Shown one piece after another: positions 1 through 10,133 of a DNA stretch of 64,000 bases. Below the pieces are notes generated by a model. That model had not been told where the DNA came from, ran no database searches, and saw nothing but the letters and a program-made list of their open reading frames with translations. The position numbers were made by a program, and so were the translations under genes. Numbering within the stretch: the stretch's first letter is position 1; each line of letters opens with the position of its first letter. Origin of the DNA: Alphaproteobacteria bacterium (GTDB taxonomy: Bacteria; Pseudomonadota; Alphaproteobacteria; TMED109); NCBI GenBank assembly GCA_965203385.1, contig OZ241893.1, positions 269,986 to 333,985 on the forward strand, written 5' to 3'.

Positions 1-774
1 CTCAACGACCCCACTGCCGCCGAGGACGGCGCCGTATCGGTCGCCCTCGTCGACGATCAGGAAGCCGTGCTCGCCGCGCTGCTGGTAGGCCGCGATGCGA
101 GCGGCAACCGGCAGGCCCGGTACGTGCGCCGGGCCGGCGAGGATCAGGCCTGGCTGGTCTGGCGCAACTTTGATCTTCCGGGACGGCCGATGGGGTGGCT
201 GGATTCGTCCATCCTCGACCTTCCGCGCTGGCGGGTCCGGCGCTTCGTCACCGACCACGCAGACGGCGAGCAGGTGGTGATCGAACGGGAGCTGTACTCC
301 GATCAGTACTTCGGCCTGCAGCACATTCCGGAAGGCTACGAACCCGAGAATCCCTTCGTCGGCAACCAGCACGGCACGGCCCTTGAGCGGGTTCGGGCCG
401 TGGCCATCGAGAAGCGCACCGACCTGCCGCTCCCGGCGGACGCCCCCGTCACGACCGTGGACACGTTCGACGGGCTGCGCCTGATCCTCCGCACGGCGGA
501 GATCGATGGGGTGGACTGGCTCTGGGTCGACGTCGAACACGCTCCGGAAACCCGGAAGGAACTGCCCGAGGACGGGCCGAACATCGTGGGCCTGCCGGAG
601 ATGCCGACGCCGGAAGCGGTCGAGGAGGAAGTGCAGGAACTCCGCGTACGCCTTTCCCGGTGGGCGTTTGCGGTGCCCCCGGCCAAGCGAAAGCAATTCT
701 CGCGGCGCCTGGCCGAGCTGATCAAGGAAACGGCCGTCGAAGAGGAGGCGGGCGAGACCCCGCCAGCGAACTGA
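1..774 (+). CDS. hypothetical protein, 5' end outside window
   Basis: Frame 1 is open from base 1 (LNDPTAAEDG...) into ORF 67..774. Composition is coding-like and the C-terminus is acidic. No family recognised with confidence. Confidence 0.45.
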   Translation, partial: LNDPTAAEDGAVSVALVDDQEAVLAALLVGRDASGNRQARYVRRAGEDQAWLVWRNFDLPGRPMGWLDSSILDLPRWRVRRFVTDHADGEQVVIERELYSDQYFGLQHIPEGYEPENPFVGNQHGTALERVRAVAIEKRTDLPLPADAPVTTVDTFDGLRLILRTAEIDGVDWLWVDVEHAPETRKELPEDGPNIVGLPEMPTPEAVEEEVQELRVRLSRWAFAVPPAKRKQFSRRLAELIKETAVEEEAGETPPAN

Positions 775-837
775 CGGCGTGGCGCGGAGCAGCCGAACAT
801 GGCAAACTGCGGGCATCCAGTACAGGAAGGATCCGGC

Positions 838-1857
838 ATGGAGTTCTCGACACCCTGGCAGCCCGGCGCTTCTTCGGCCTCTCCGACCACCGACCTGGAT
901 CAAGCCCGCACCGACCTCCGGGACCACGGTTACTGCATCGTCGACCGCGTGCTCGGCGCCGACGCACTGGACACCCTTCGCACCCGGCTCGCGGAACAGG
1001 CCGAGGCCGAACTCGAGGCCGGTGTAGCCTTCGAAGATCAGGGGCCCGGGCAGGACTGGTCCGCCCGACAGCAGCCCTCGCGCCCCGACCGGTTCACTGC
1101 AGCCCGGGGCGGGATCAATCAGCGTGTCTGGATGCTGGTCAACAAGGGGGCGGTTTTTCGTGACCTCGTTACCGACCCGCACCTCTCGCCGCTGATCGAG
1201 TCCCTGCTCGGCCCCGCATACATCCTCTCCAGCCTCACGGCCAACATCGCCAAGCCCGGCGGCCTTGCGATGGGCCTCCATACCGACCAGTGGTGGCTGC
1301 CGCAGCCGCGGCCCCGTCGGGAAGACCCGCAGGCGCCCGGGGCCATGGAACGCGGGGAATTCCACGGACCGGATGACGGGGATCCGAACCGTCCGATCAA
1401 CCCGCCGTGCGCGGTCAATGTCGTCTATTGCCTGAACGACTTCGCGGCCGCCAACGGCGCCACCCGAATCGTTCCGGGGAGCCACCTGACCGGACTGCAG
1501 CCGCCGCCCGGGATCCCCCACCCGGTCCCCACCCTGCCCGCCGAAGCGGCCGCCGGCTCGGCCATCGTGTGGGATGGAAGGCTCTGGCACGGGACCGGCG
1601 CCAACCGTTCCAAGGCGCCGCGCATCGGTGTATTGGCGACCTTCTGCGGTCCGCAGTTCCGGCCCCAGGAGAACTACACGCTGGGCCTCGATCCGGGCCT
1701 GATCGATACCGTCCCCGAAGCGCTCCTGGATCGGCTCGGTTTCCGCGTCTGGAACGCTTACGGCCGAACCGGGCACCCGCACGCGAGGCACGCGGACCCG
1801 CGAAGCCAGTTCGTGGGCGAGCTGGCACCCCGGCCGCAGCAGACGGCGGCCGCCTGA
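838..1857 (+). CDS. phytanoyl-CoA dioxygenase (PhyH) family 2OG-Fe(II) oxygenase
   Basis: ORF 799..1857 with an internal ATG at 838. The translation shows HTDQWW, NVVYCLNDF, TRIVPGSH and WHGTGANRS, typical PhyH-family motifs. Confidence 0.8.
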   Translation: MEFSTPWQPGASSASPTTDLDQARTDLRDHGYCIVDRVLGADALDTLRTRLAEQAEAELEAGVAFEDQGPGQDWSARQQPSRPDRFTAARGGINQRVWMLVNKGAVFRDLVTDPHLSPLIESLLGPAYILSSLTANIAKPGGLAMGLHTDQWWLPQPRPRREDPQAPGAMERGEFHGPDDGDPNRPINPPCAVNVVYCLNDFAAANGATRIVPGSHLTGLQPPPGIPHPVPTLPAEAAAGSAIVWDGRLWHGTGANRSKAPRIGVLATFCGPQFRPQENYTLGLDPGLIDTVPEALLDRLGFRVWNAYGRTGHPHARHADPRSQFVGELAPRPQQTAAA

Positions 1858-2636
1858 TGAGCGCGGCGCCGGCATCGCTGGTAGCCGCACTCGCCGAAGC
1901 GCGGCGGGCCGGCCGGCTGATGACGAAGTTCCCTGCTGCCGTCGCGACCGACCCCGACTCGGCGTACGACCTGCAGGTCGAACTGAACGCCGCCCTGGGA
2001 CGCGCGGCCGTCGGGTGGAAGATCGGCTGCACCAACGCCTGGGCCCAGCGGTTGACCGGGACCGACGAACCGTTTTTCGGGCGCATGCACGCGGAAACGA
2101 CGTTCGACAGTCCGGCCGACCTGTCCGGACTCACGTTTGCACAACCCATCGTCGAACCGGAAATCGCCTTTCGTCTCGGCGCCGATCTCACGCCCGACGA
2201 CGCACCGTTTGCGCTTCCCCAGGTCCTGGCGGCCATCGCAGCACTGGCCCCGGCCATCGAGGTGGTGGATTGCCGCTTTGAAGGCGGTTGGTCACCGACC
2301 CTGGCCGAAACGATCATCGACAACGGGGTTCACGGCTGCTTCGTCGCCGGGCCCTGGCACGCGGACTGGGCCGGTCTCGATCGGGCGGAACTCCGGGTCA
2401 CCGTCACGCTCAACGGCGCTCCGGCGGCAGACGGCGTCGGCGCCAACGCACTGGGCGATCCGGCCCACGCGCTGCTGTGGCTGGCGAACCGCGTGACCGG
2501 CCGGGGCGACCGACTCCGCGCGGGTGACGTCGTCACCACCGGAAACATCGCCAGCGAAGCCGTGTTCGGAACACCCGGCGACCGGGCCGTATGCGATTTC
2601 GGCGTACTCGGGCGCGTCGAAGCGAGGTTCCGATGA
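1857..2636 (+). CDS. 2-keto-4-pentenoate hydratase / FAH-fold hydratase family protein
   Basis: Last 259 codons of ORF 1407..2636. The ATG at 1857 overlaps the TGA of the upstream gene (TGATG). GWKIGCT and EPEIAF motifs resemble MhpD-type hydratases. Confidence 0.7.
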   Translation: MSAAPASLVAALAEARRAGRLMTKFPAAVATDPDSAYDLQVELNAALGRAAVGWKIGCTNAWAQRLTGTDEPFFGRMHAETTFDSPADLSGLTFAQPIVEPEIAFRLGADLTPDDAPFALPQVLAAIAALAPAIEVVDCRFEGGWSPTLAETIIDNGVHGCFVAGPWHADWAGLDRAELRVTVTLNGAPAADGVGANALGDPAHALLWLANRVTGRGDRLRAGDVVTTGNIASEAVFGTPGDRAVCDFGVLGRVEARFR

Positions 2637-3184
2637 CGGCGCCCGTACGACACAGCGGAATCTCAACCACCGTCGCCGATCGTTGACAGCGAGTAACTCG
2701 GGGGCGACGCCGAGGCCCATCGGGTAGACTTGGGGCTGCCACGAACCGTGTGGAGGTCGATTTGTCCGTGGTGCGCCCGTTTGGGTTGCCCGCACATGAG
2801 ACACAAGGGACAGGCGGGCCGGATTCCATCGCCTGAAGCAGTCCGTTTCAGCGGGAAACATCCGGATTCCCGGAATCTCGTAAAATCAATATTTTGCTAA
2901 TGATCCACATGGAAGCCGTGAAGCCCCGCCCTATCCCGATTCAGTTCAAGTTCAATTTCTTAAGGCCACCATGCCTGATGCCGGGCATGTAGCGTGTGCT
3001 CCGACTGGCCCTACGATCTGTAGATGGTCAAGGCTCTGAGCCCAACCTGTTCGCCGTATACAGGCCAGCTTCGGCCTGTGATTATCCAAGCTTCTCCAAT
3101 TCACGATTACTGCGAATTATTTCATTACACGTGAAGCATCAATTTTGATTTATCCTGATTGTAATAATTCGCACTTTATGCTAA

Positions 3185-4003
3185 ATGAGAGTCATGAAAG
3201 AAAAAACGGCCCGCCTTCCTCGAGGACGCGCACAGCTTGTCCGGGTACTGTCCGCCGCTGGCGACGTGATTCACGTCGACGACGTGGTGATTGCCCTCCA
3301 GCTCGACCGTACCGCCGCCGCCCAGCGTCTGTCGCGCTGGGTTGAACAGGGATGGCTGAGACGAGTGGGCCGTGGTGCCTATGTCGCCGCTTCTATCGAC
3401 ACCATGGGGTCGGATCGCGTCCTCGATGACCCATGGGTGCTCGTTCCCGCACTCTTCGCGCCAGCCTACATCGGAGGCCGTACGGCAGCCGAGTACTGGG
3501 ATCTGACCGAACAGATCTTCAAGGATGTCTTCGTGATGACCGCCCAGCCGGTGCGTCGGAAACACCAAGAGCGGCACGGTACGCTCTTTTCGCTTAAGCA
3601 CATCCACGAGCAGAAGATCTTCGGTACGAAGAATGTCTGGCGTCATCAGACGCGAGTCCCCGTCTCCGACCCGCATCGAACGATCATCGACATGCTCGAC
3701 GACCCGACGATCGGTGGCGGCATCCAGCATGTATCCGACTGCCTCGCAGCCTACCTGCGACGCGACGATCGCGACGACAGAGAGCTCGTCGATTACGCGG
3801 TGAGCCTCCGCAACGGAGCTGTCTTCAAGCGTCTCGGGTTTCTGGCCGAGCGCTTTCCTGGCGGTGCTGAACTGGGCCATCTTTGCGAGCCGCATCTGAG
3901 CGGCGGTCATGCGAAGCTCGATCCTGCCCAGGATGGGCCGCTCATCGTGACCAAATGGCGGCTCCGTGTGCCGGAGCGCTGGGCTCGCGAGGAAGCGCCG
4001 TGA
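3185..4003 (+). CDS. abiEi: type IV toxin-antitoxin system AbiEi-family antitoxin/transcriptional regulator
   Basis: The 272-aa ORF has an N-terminal winged-helix-like segment (AAAQRLSRWVEQGWLRRVGRGAY) and an AbiEi-like C-terminal domain. It is preceded by a low-GC intergenic region. Its stop overlaps the GTG of the next gene (GTGA). Confidence 0.8.
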   Translation: MRVMKEKTARLPRGRAQLVRVLSAAGDVIHVDDVVIALQLDRTAAAQRLSRWVEQGWLRRVGRGAYVAASIDTMGSDRVLDDPWVLVPALFAPAYIGGRTAAEYWDLTEQIFKDVFVMTAQPVRRKHQERHGTLFSLKHIHEQKIFGTKNVWRHQTRVPVSDPHRTIIDMLDDPTIGGGIQHVSDCLAAYLRRDDRDDRELVDYAVSLRNGAVFKRLGFLAERFPGGAELGHLCEPHLSGGHAKLDPAQDGPLIVTKWRLRVPERWAREEAP

Positions 4004-4980
4004 TCGATAAGCGCGAAATCCTCACGATAGCCCAGCAGATGTCGCTCACGCCCCACATCGTGGAGAAGGACTATGTACTCGGCTGGATGCTCGCCGGCAT
4101 TTATGGGCACGGAGGTCTCGCGGAGAACTGGATATTCAAAGGTGGCACGTGCCTGAAGAAATGCTTCTTCGAGACCTATCGATTCTCGGAGGATCTCGAT
4201 TTCACGCTTCGCGAACCGCAGCATCTTGACGCCGACTTCTTGAAGGGCGCATTTTCCGAAATTGGTGAATGGGTCTACGACCAAACCGGCATTGAGATTC
4301 CGGCCGACAAACAGGAATTCGATATCTACGAGAACCCACGGGGCCAATTCTCGTGCCAAGGCAAGATCAGTTACAAGGGCCCCGTCTCATCGACCCACGC
4401 CTTCCCGCGTATCAAGCTTGACTTGACCGCCGACGAACGGATCGTTCTCCCACCGATCCACGTGCAGATTTTCCATCCATACAGCGATGCTCCGGAAGGT
4501 GGCATCGAAGTCCTGACCTACGATTACACCGAGGCATTCGCGGAGAAGTTCAGAGCGCTCGCGGAACGGACGCGCCCACGCGATCTCTATGACGTCGTAC
4601 ATCTCTACCGGAATACCGAGGCACGTCCGGAACCGAAGCGCTTTATGGAAATCCTGCGCGCCAAGTGTGAATTCAAGGGCATCAGCGTTCCGCGCATGAC
4701 CGATCTTGAACCGCACCGTGCGGAACTTGAGAATGGTTGGATTCACATGCTGGAGCACCAACTCCCCGCGCTGCTCCCGGTCACGACGTTTTGGAACGTG
4801 CTCCCGGAAATCTTCGATTGGCTCCAAGGCGCCGTCGCTCCGCCGCTTACGGCGATGCCTGTCAGTGTCGGCAACACGCTCATCCGCGAGCGTGTAGTCG
4901 ATCTGCCCGCGGGCAGCCGAGGACAGAGTCTCATCGAGATGATCCGCTTTGCTGCTGCAAACGCTCATGAGGCGCGCTGA
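4000..4980 (+). pseudogene. abiEii: AbiEii/AbiGii-family nucleotidyltransferase toxin, 5' portion, reading frame interrupted by an IS element after codon 321
   Basis: GTG at 4000 lies in frame with ORF 3883..4980. EKDYVLGW, FKGGTCLKKCF and RFSEDLDF are AbiEii hallmarks. The last 6 codons and the stop appear to be IS-derived (see IS at 4963..6889). Confidence 0.75.
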
Positions 4981-4996
4981 CCCTCACCCCAGTACA

Positions 4997-5034
4997 TGAA
5001 CACCCGGTCGGGCCGGGCCGAGCTCTAGCGTGGC
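4997..5034. repeat. left (sub)terminal inverted repeat of the IS110-family element
   Basis: TGAACACCCGGTCGGGCCGGGCCGAGCTCTAGCGTGGC matches the reverse complement of 6844..6881 with 2 mismatches. Confidence 0.8.
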
Positions 5035-5385
5035 TTTTTTCGCGGCTGGGTCTTCGTAACTGCACTTCGCGGACAAGGATTTTCCCTACCTTTCGCGGCG
5101 GTTTCTCGCTTTCGTTCACAGGTGCTCCCGGCGGATTTGGAGAGGGCTCCAGAACCGGGATACACTGGGTGCTGGAGACGGAAAGGAGAACGAATTTTTA
5201 GTGTTGGCCTAGACCACGCCAGCAAACTGTTCCGGGTGACCAGGTAGCGTACCCCTGTATGTACCCATCCTTTGCGGATGAGGACGAACGGCAAAATGTA
5301 TGCACCGCGGTTAGCCGAATGGCCACCTTGAGTGCTTCCCCCGGTCACCCACTCCGTCTCCAGCCATCTCACTGGGAGACGACTT

Positions 5386-6853
5386 ATGATTACCGATACC
5401 TTGCATGTTGTCCATTCGCGCGCTGCCGGAGTGGACGTGCACAAGCACCAGCTGACGGCCACCGTCCGCTTGGCCACGGGTGCTGGCGAACCGATGTGCG
5501 AGACGCAGACGTTCCGTGCTTTGGGGCCTGGTCTGGATGCCTTGGCCGAATGGTTGACTTCGCATGCCGTCACCGCGGCGGCCATGGAAGGAACGGGTGT
5601 GTACTGGCGGGCCCCGCTGGACCGGCTGGAGGCCGCCGGGATCGAAGTGCAGTTACTGCACGCCCATCACGTCAAGCAGCTGCGGGGGCGCAAGACCGAC
5701 GTGGAGGACAGCCGCTGGCTGGCGCGCGTCTGTCAGTTCGGACTGTGCCGTCCGAGTCTGGTGCCGAATCAAGAATTCCATGGCCTGCGGCGGATGAGCC
5801 GCTATCGCCGCCAACTGGTGCAGAAACGTAGTCAGACACGGAACCGGATTCAGAAGGAGATCGACGATGCCGGGGTTCGGATCGGCGGCATCCTCTCGGA
5901 TGTCTTCGGCAAGAACGGCCGGATCATTCTGGAGGGCCTGGCGCGAGGCGAGGACCGCGAGACGATCCTCTCGCGTCTGACTCCGCACGTGGCGGAGAAA
6001 ATCAAGCTGCTCGGGGAGGCGCTCACCCTGAAGCTTAGCTGCTCGGGTCGTATGATTCTCAACCACCTGATGACGGACGAGCGCGCCGAACAGGCTCGCA
6101 TCGCGGCCGTCGAGGCGTTTGGCCACCGCCCACAGGCCGTACGCGTTTCGGCCGTACGCTTCCCAGCTGATCCTCCTCCAGACCCTGCCCGGGATCGACC
6201 GGATCGGCGCCGCCGCGATCCTCGCCGAGATCGGCGGTCCCGACGTCACGCCGTTCGCGTCCGCCGAGGCGTTTACGGCCTGGGCCGGACTGGCACCAGG
6301 CAATCACGAGAGCGCCGGCAAACGCCGGAAAGCCACCACGCTCAAGGGCTCCCGCTACCTGCGCACCCTGCTGGTGGAGGCCGCCCACGGAGCCGCACGT
6401 ACCAAGAACTGTCAATTCGCCAGCTACCGGAAGGTGTTGACCGCACGCCGTGGCTATAAGCGCGCCATCGTGGCCACCGCCCACAAGATGGCACGTGCTC
6501 TCTATGCCATGCTGCGGGACGATGTCCCGTATCGCGACCCCGACATCGATTACGAAGCCCTGCTGGTCGATCGCAATGCCCCCCGGTGGCTGCGACAACT
6601 CAAAGAGTGCGGCGTACTCAAGCCGGGAGTGCCAGGACGGCCCGACCCAAGTGCGGCGTGTGGGCGACCACACCTTCCGAATCGACTGGAGTGCCAGGAC
6701 GGCCCGACCCAAACCGGCCTGAAACTTCCTCTGCGCACGATCCCGGACCACCGGCCCGTTGTCCAAAAAACAGGGGAAGACAACACCGCCAAGCCCCGAG
6801 ATCCGGCGCAGATATCGACGACCCAAAGCGTGCGCTCTAGGCCGCCACGCTAG
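5386..6853 (+). pseudogene. IS110-family transposase, apparently frameshifted near 6100-6130
   Basis: The N-terminal DEDD-type half (GVDVHKHQL...MEGTGVYW) lies in the ORF 5332..6459 frame. The C-terminal half (LLQTLPGIDRIGAAAILAEIGG...AGLAPGNHESAGK) lies in the ORF 6119..6853 frame. A frame change is needed to join them. Confidence 0.75.
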
Positions 6854-6881
6854 AGCTCGGCCCGGCCCGCCCGAGTGTTCA
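6844..6881. repeat. right (sub)terminal inverted repeat of the IS110-family element
   Basis: GCCACGCTAGAGCTCGGCCCGGCCCGCCCGAGTGTTCA is the reverse-complement partner of 4997..5034. Confidence 0.8.
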
Positions 6882-7390
6882 CGGCAAACCGCCTGCTTGT
6901 AGAGATCGACTACCGCAACAGACAGGGCAATCGTTCAACACGCGCAATCGAAGCCTACTCACTCCGCCGCTCGCAGGCCGGAGACGTATTGCTCATGGCC
7001 GTACGCGCGGACAGCGGCCGGTCGCGTAGCTATTTGGTCGACAGCATTCTCGGAGTCAAACCCACCCAGACGCCATTCACGCCGCGATACCCAATCGAGC
7101 TGATGCCATCGGGACTTCAGAGCATTCCGAGGACAACCCGTTCCGGTGGACACACAACCGGGGTAGGCCGCAGCACTAGGACCGTTTGGCGTTCACCTGC
7201 ACCACGCAGTGCGACCAGAAACACGAGTTTCCCGGCTGCAAGTGGTCCAACATACGTATTCAAGTGCACCGTTTGCGGAAAGACCTTTTACAGGAAGAAA
7301 TACGATGCCACATTGAACCAACACAGACATAAGCAAACTGGCTATCAATGCTATGGCACAGTCGGTAGACACGTGAAGACAAAATACTAG
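6875..7390 (+). pseudogene. 3' remainder of the interrupted abiEii-like gene (WYL-like segment plus Cys/His-rich tail)
   Basis: The first 5 codons are IS-derived. From codon N-R-L-L the frame continues the upstream ORF once the IS is removed. LVEIDYRNRQGNRSTRAIEAYSL...SRSYLVDSILGV resembles a WYL-type fold. The C-terminus contains CTVCGKTF...HRH...C. Confidence 0.55.
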
Positions 7391-7484
7391 CCCGGATTTC
7401 TCACCAACAAGACTGTACATGGGACCAAAACCGTGGTACAAACCGACGAATCAACACCTTATCGGTGTGCCACGGAGAGGTCCC

Positions 7485-8586
7485 ATGCAACCAGAGTGTA
7501 CCCCGAAGCAGTTGTGTTTTGAAGGCCTGGGTCGCCGTCGAGTGGAGGGGTGTTTCGACGGCGGTCGGCTGACGACGGACGGCGGCGTACTGCTCCTGCG
7601 GGAGGTCGACCAGCGGTTCCGCGTGACGGAGCGTCTGGCTGGCTGCTTCCAGGATCATCGCGGATCATCGCGCAGAAACGCGCATTGAGCATCGTCTGGA
7701 GACGCTGGTCGCCCAGCGGGTACTGGGGCTGGCGGCGGGGTATGAGGATTTGAACGATCACGACCGTCTGCGCACGGACAGCCTGCTGGCGCTGGCAAGC
7801 GGGTGCCAGGATCTCACCGGGGAACAGCGCCGCCGGGAGCGGGACCGGGGACAGGCGCTGGCGGGTTCCAGCACCCTGAACCGGCTCGAGCTCAGCGAGC
7901 CGGACACGGCGGCCGGAGACCGGTACAAGAAAATCGCGGCCGACCCGGCGGCGATGGACTCGCTGCTGGTGCAATTGTTCCTCGAGGCTCATGACGAACC
8001 GCCCGGGGAGATCGTGCTCGATCTGGATGCGACCAACGATCCGCTGTACGGGAACCAGGAGGGGCGGTTCTACCACGGCTAGTACGACGAATACTGCTAT
8101 CTTCCGTTGTACATCACTTGCGGCGACTTCGTCCTGTGCGCCCGGCTGCGTCCGGCCGATGTCGATCCGGCGAAAGGATCGGTGGAGGAACTGAAGCGGA
8201 TCGTGGCCCAGATCCGCGCCGTCTGGCCGAACCTCCCGATCCTGGTGCGCGGCGACGCCGGCTTCTGCCGCGATGAACTCTTGACCTGGTGTGAAGAGAC
8301 TGGCCTCGACTACGTGTTCGGTCTGGCCCGCAATAACCGTCTGGAAAAGTGGCTGGCGAAGGCGCTGCACAAGTCCCGGCGCCGCTGCGCCGCCACGGGG
8401 CAGGCGTCCCGGCGGTTCCGGGACCGGCGTTATCGGACCCAGAAATCCTGGAGCCGCACCCGCCGGGTGGTCGGCAAGGCCGAGTGGCTGCCGGGACTGA
8501 GAGGCGCGAATCCGCGTTTCGTCGTCACCAACCTGCCGGCGGATTCGGTCGGCGCACAGCCGCTGTACGAAAAAGTGTACTGCGCC
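7485..8586 (+). pseudogene. IS1380-family transposase, 5' part (10-bp duplication, in-frame TAG, then truncated by IS21 insertion)
   Basis: MQPECTPKQLCFEGLGRR...TTDGGVLLLREVD is followed by a frame break at the tandem GGATCATCGC duplication. LDLDATNDPLYGNQEG..FYHG is followed by TAG at 8080..8082. The same frame then continues through YDEYCYLPLY...EKVYCA. Confidence 0.85.
7652..7671. repeat. 10-bp tandem duplication (GGATCATCGC x2) that frameshifts the IS1380 transposase
   Basis: Deleting one copy restores FQDHRAETRIEHRLETLVAQRVLGLAAGYEDLNDHD in a single frame. Confidence 0.85.
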
Positions 8587-8793
8587 TGTTGGCGGCGAAA
8601 TAAAACGGCGGGATTCCGGCGGTAAGCCGCGCTTTTCCGAAGGTCGTTTCTTTCCCTATTGTACGACTGCCGGAGCTCCTGCCGCCGGGTGGCAGGAAGG
8701 CGCGTTCGGCGCCGAACGGATCACGGGTGGCTCAGCGGCCTCCTTGAGCCGGCCGGCCGCTGCCTTCGTTGGTTCCGGCCCGTCTGGCCGCTG

Positions 8794-8805
8794 CGTTACG
8801 TAACG
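8794..8805. promoter_or_regulatory. 12-bp perfect palindrome CGTTACGTAACG downstream of the 100-aa ORF
   Basis: Read directly. The same core recurs at 9156..9173 and in copy B. Confidence 0.4.
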
Positions 8806-8826
8806 GTGCTACAGCGGGTACCCGCA

Positions 8827-9129
8827 TCACCCGTCGCGACCGAACCCGCGGGGCAGTTCCTGTTCTGCCAGGGCTTCGAGGTCGAGGTCGTCAAGGGCTT
8901 CGATCGCCTGGTCCAGGAGTTCTGCGGTCGCCGTCGTCTCCAGCGCCTCTGGCAGGGCGTTCCGCCAGTCACGGTATTCCTCCCGGATCGCGATGATGGC
9001 GTCGATGGCGTCGTGCAGCCGCTGCCGGCGCGAGCGCCGGTCCGGCGGCGGGCGCCGCGCCGCCGGTGACTGACCCTCGCGCCGGCGCTGACGAAAGCGC
9101 CGTTGCCGTTCGGCGTTGGACAGTGCCAT
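8827..9129 (-). CDS. hypothetical 100-aa protein carried by the IS21-family element
   Basis: Internal ATG of ORF 8827..9528 (MALSNAERQRRFRQRRREG...PRGFGRDG). It is identical in both copies and has a basic N-terminus and an acidic helical C-terminus. Confidence 0.5.
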   Translation of the reverse strand: MALSNAERQRRFRQRRREGQSPAARRPPPDRRSRRQRLHDAIDAIIAIREEYRDWRNALPEALETTATAELLDQAIEALDDLDLEALAEQELPRGFGRDG

Positions 9130-9155
9130 CGGGTTGCCTTTCTTGATCCCTTGCG

Positions 9156-9173
9156 CCCCGTTACGTAACGGGG
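9156..9173. promoter_or_regulatory. 18-bp perfect palindrome CCCCGTTACGTAACGGGG upstream of the 100-aa ORF (candidate operator)
   Basis: Read directly. It lies 27 bp upstream of the ATG at 9129. Confidence 0.4.
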
Positions 9174-9269
9174 TCCGGAGACCGGGACTTCCGGCCGCCG
9201 CGCAGGCTTCGGCTGGCCGTCGGCACAGGGGTGCGCCGTGACCCCGCCGGCCCGGGCGTTCCGGCGGCG

Positions 9270-10133
9270 TCAGCCTGTCGCGGCGGCGCAGATGACGTCG
9301 TTCCAGTCGGCGTGTTCGGGCGGACGCCGTCGCTGGAACGCGACCTGCGAGGGGACCTCGAGTTGACGGCGCAAGGCTTCGGCCTGGCGCTCTCCGGCCT
9401 CGTCGTGGTCCTGTGCGAGGACGACGGTGCGGACGTTGGGTAGGGTGCGGGCGGCGAGTCCGATCTGCTCGCGTTGTCGGCGCGAGGGGGCGCCGGCGGT
9501 GGAGAGGAAGGCCTGGCTGGGGTGGCACTGCTCAATCTGGGCCAGGCTGAGGGCGTCGACGGCGCCTTCGGTGATGACGAGGGTTTTCAGGTCGGCGGCG
9601 TGTCCGGCGCGGACGGCGAACAGGCTGCGGGAGCCGCCGGTGGCGAAGCGTCTCGCGCCGTCGGGCGGGCCGATCTCGAAGCCGGTGAGGCGGCGGTGGC
9701 GGTCGCGGTGGGCGAAGAGGACGTGGCCGTGGCGGTCGCGGCGGATCAGCGGGCGGGCGGCGGCGAGCGTCTCCGGGCGGATGCCGCGGCCGACCAGCCA
9801 GGCCGGCGCCGGGTCCGGTACGGCCGCGTGCCAGTGGCGGCGGAAGTCGCGCGCGGTGCCCGCGGGTTTGCCGTAGCGGGTGCGGATCTCGGCGAAGGAG
9901 AGGCCGCGACGGAGCAGGAAGTCGATCGCGGTACCGTGGTCATCGCTATCGAGGGTACTGAAGTAGACCCAGTGTCCGTTGGGGCACAGCTTCGTGACGA
10001 GTTTCGCCTGGCCCGGCGCGCGGAGCACGGGGTTCGCGCGGGTCGAGGCCTGGGGATCGCGGACGTATCCCCAGTCCGCCGCGATGCCCTCGAGCGGCCG
10101 GCGCTTGAGCGCGTCGAAGTCGACGTAGGTCAT
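9270..10133 (-). CDS. Toprim-domain protein with DUF3991-like N-terminal region (primase-like)
   Basis: The 287-aa ORF starts MTYVDF... and its ATG overlaps the istB stop (ATGA). VITEGAVDALS and LAQDHDEAG look like Toprim Glu and DxD motifs. Confidence 0.65.
   Translation of the reverse strand: MTYVDFDALKRRPLEGIAADWGYVRDPQASTRANPVLRAPGQAKLVTKLCPNGHWVYFSTLDSDDHGTAIDFLLRRGLSFAEIRTRYGKPAGTARDFRRHWHAAVPDPAPAWLVGRGIRPETLAAARPLIRRDRHGHVLFAHRDRHRRLTGFEIGPPDGARRFATGGSRSLFAVRAGHAADLKTLVITEGAVDALSLAQIEQCHPSQAFLSTAGAPSRRQREQIGLAARTLPNVRTVVLAQDHDEAGERQAEALRRQLEVPSQVAFQRRRPPEHADWNDVICAAATG

Larger units (their letters stand above)
4963..6889 (+). mobile_element. IS110-family (IS1111-like) insertion sequence, about 1.93 kb, ends approximate
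   Basis: 38-bp inverted repeats at 4997..5034 and 6844..6881 match at 36/38 positions. The internal transposase is IS110-type. GCAAAC occurs at both putative junctions (4957..4962 and 6884..6889). Removing 4963..6889 joins the flanking ORFs in frame. Confidence 0.7.

Noticed and set aside
2640-3184. Possible tRNA/tmRNA remnant, riboswitch or att site in the long intergenic region before abiEi.
   Set aside because: I could not fold any tRNA-like cloverleaf or recognise a riboswitch core by eye. Only a small hairpin (CAGGCC-N6-GGCCTG at about 3061..3078) and a GC drop are evident. A covariance-model scan would be needed.
5386-8586. Programmed ribosomal frameshifting as the explanation for the split IS110 and IS1380 transposase frames.
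   Set aside because: These families are not known to use programmed frameshifting. The IS1380 break is explained by a 10-bp duplication plus a nonsense codon, and no slippery heptamer is visible at the IS110 break.
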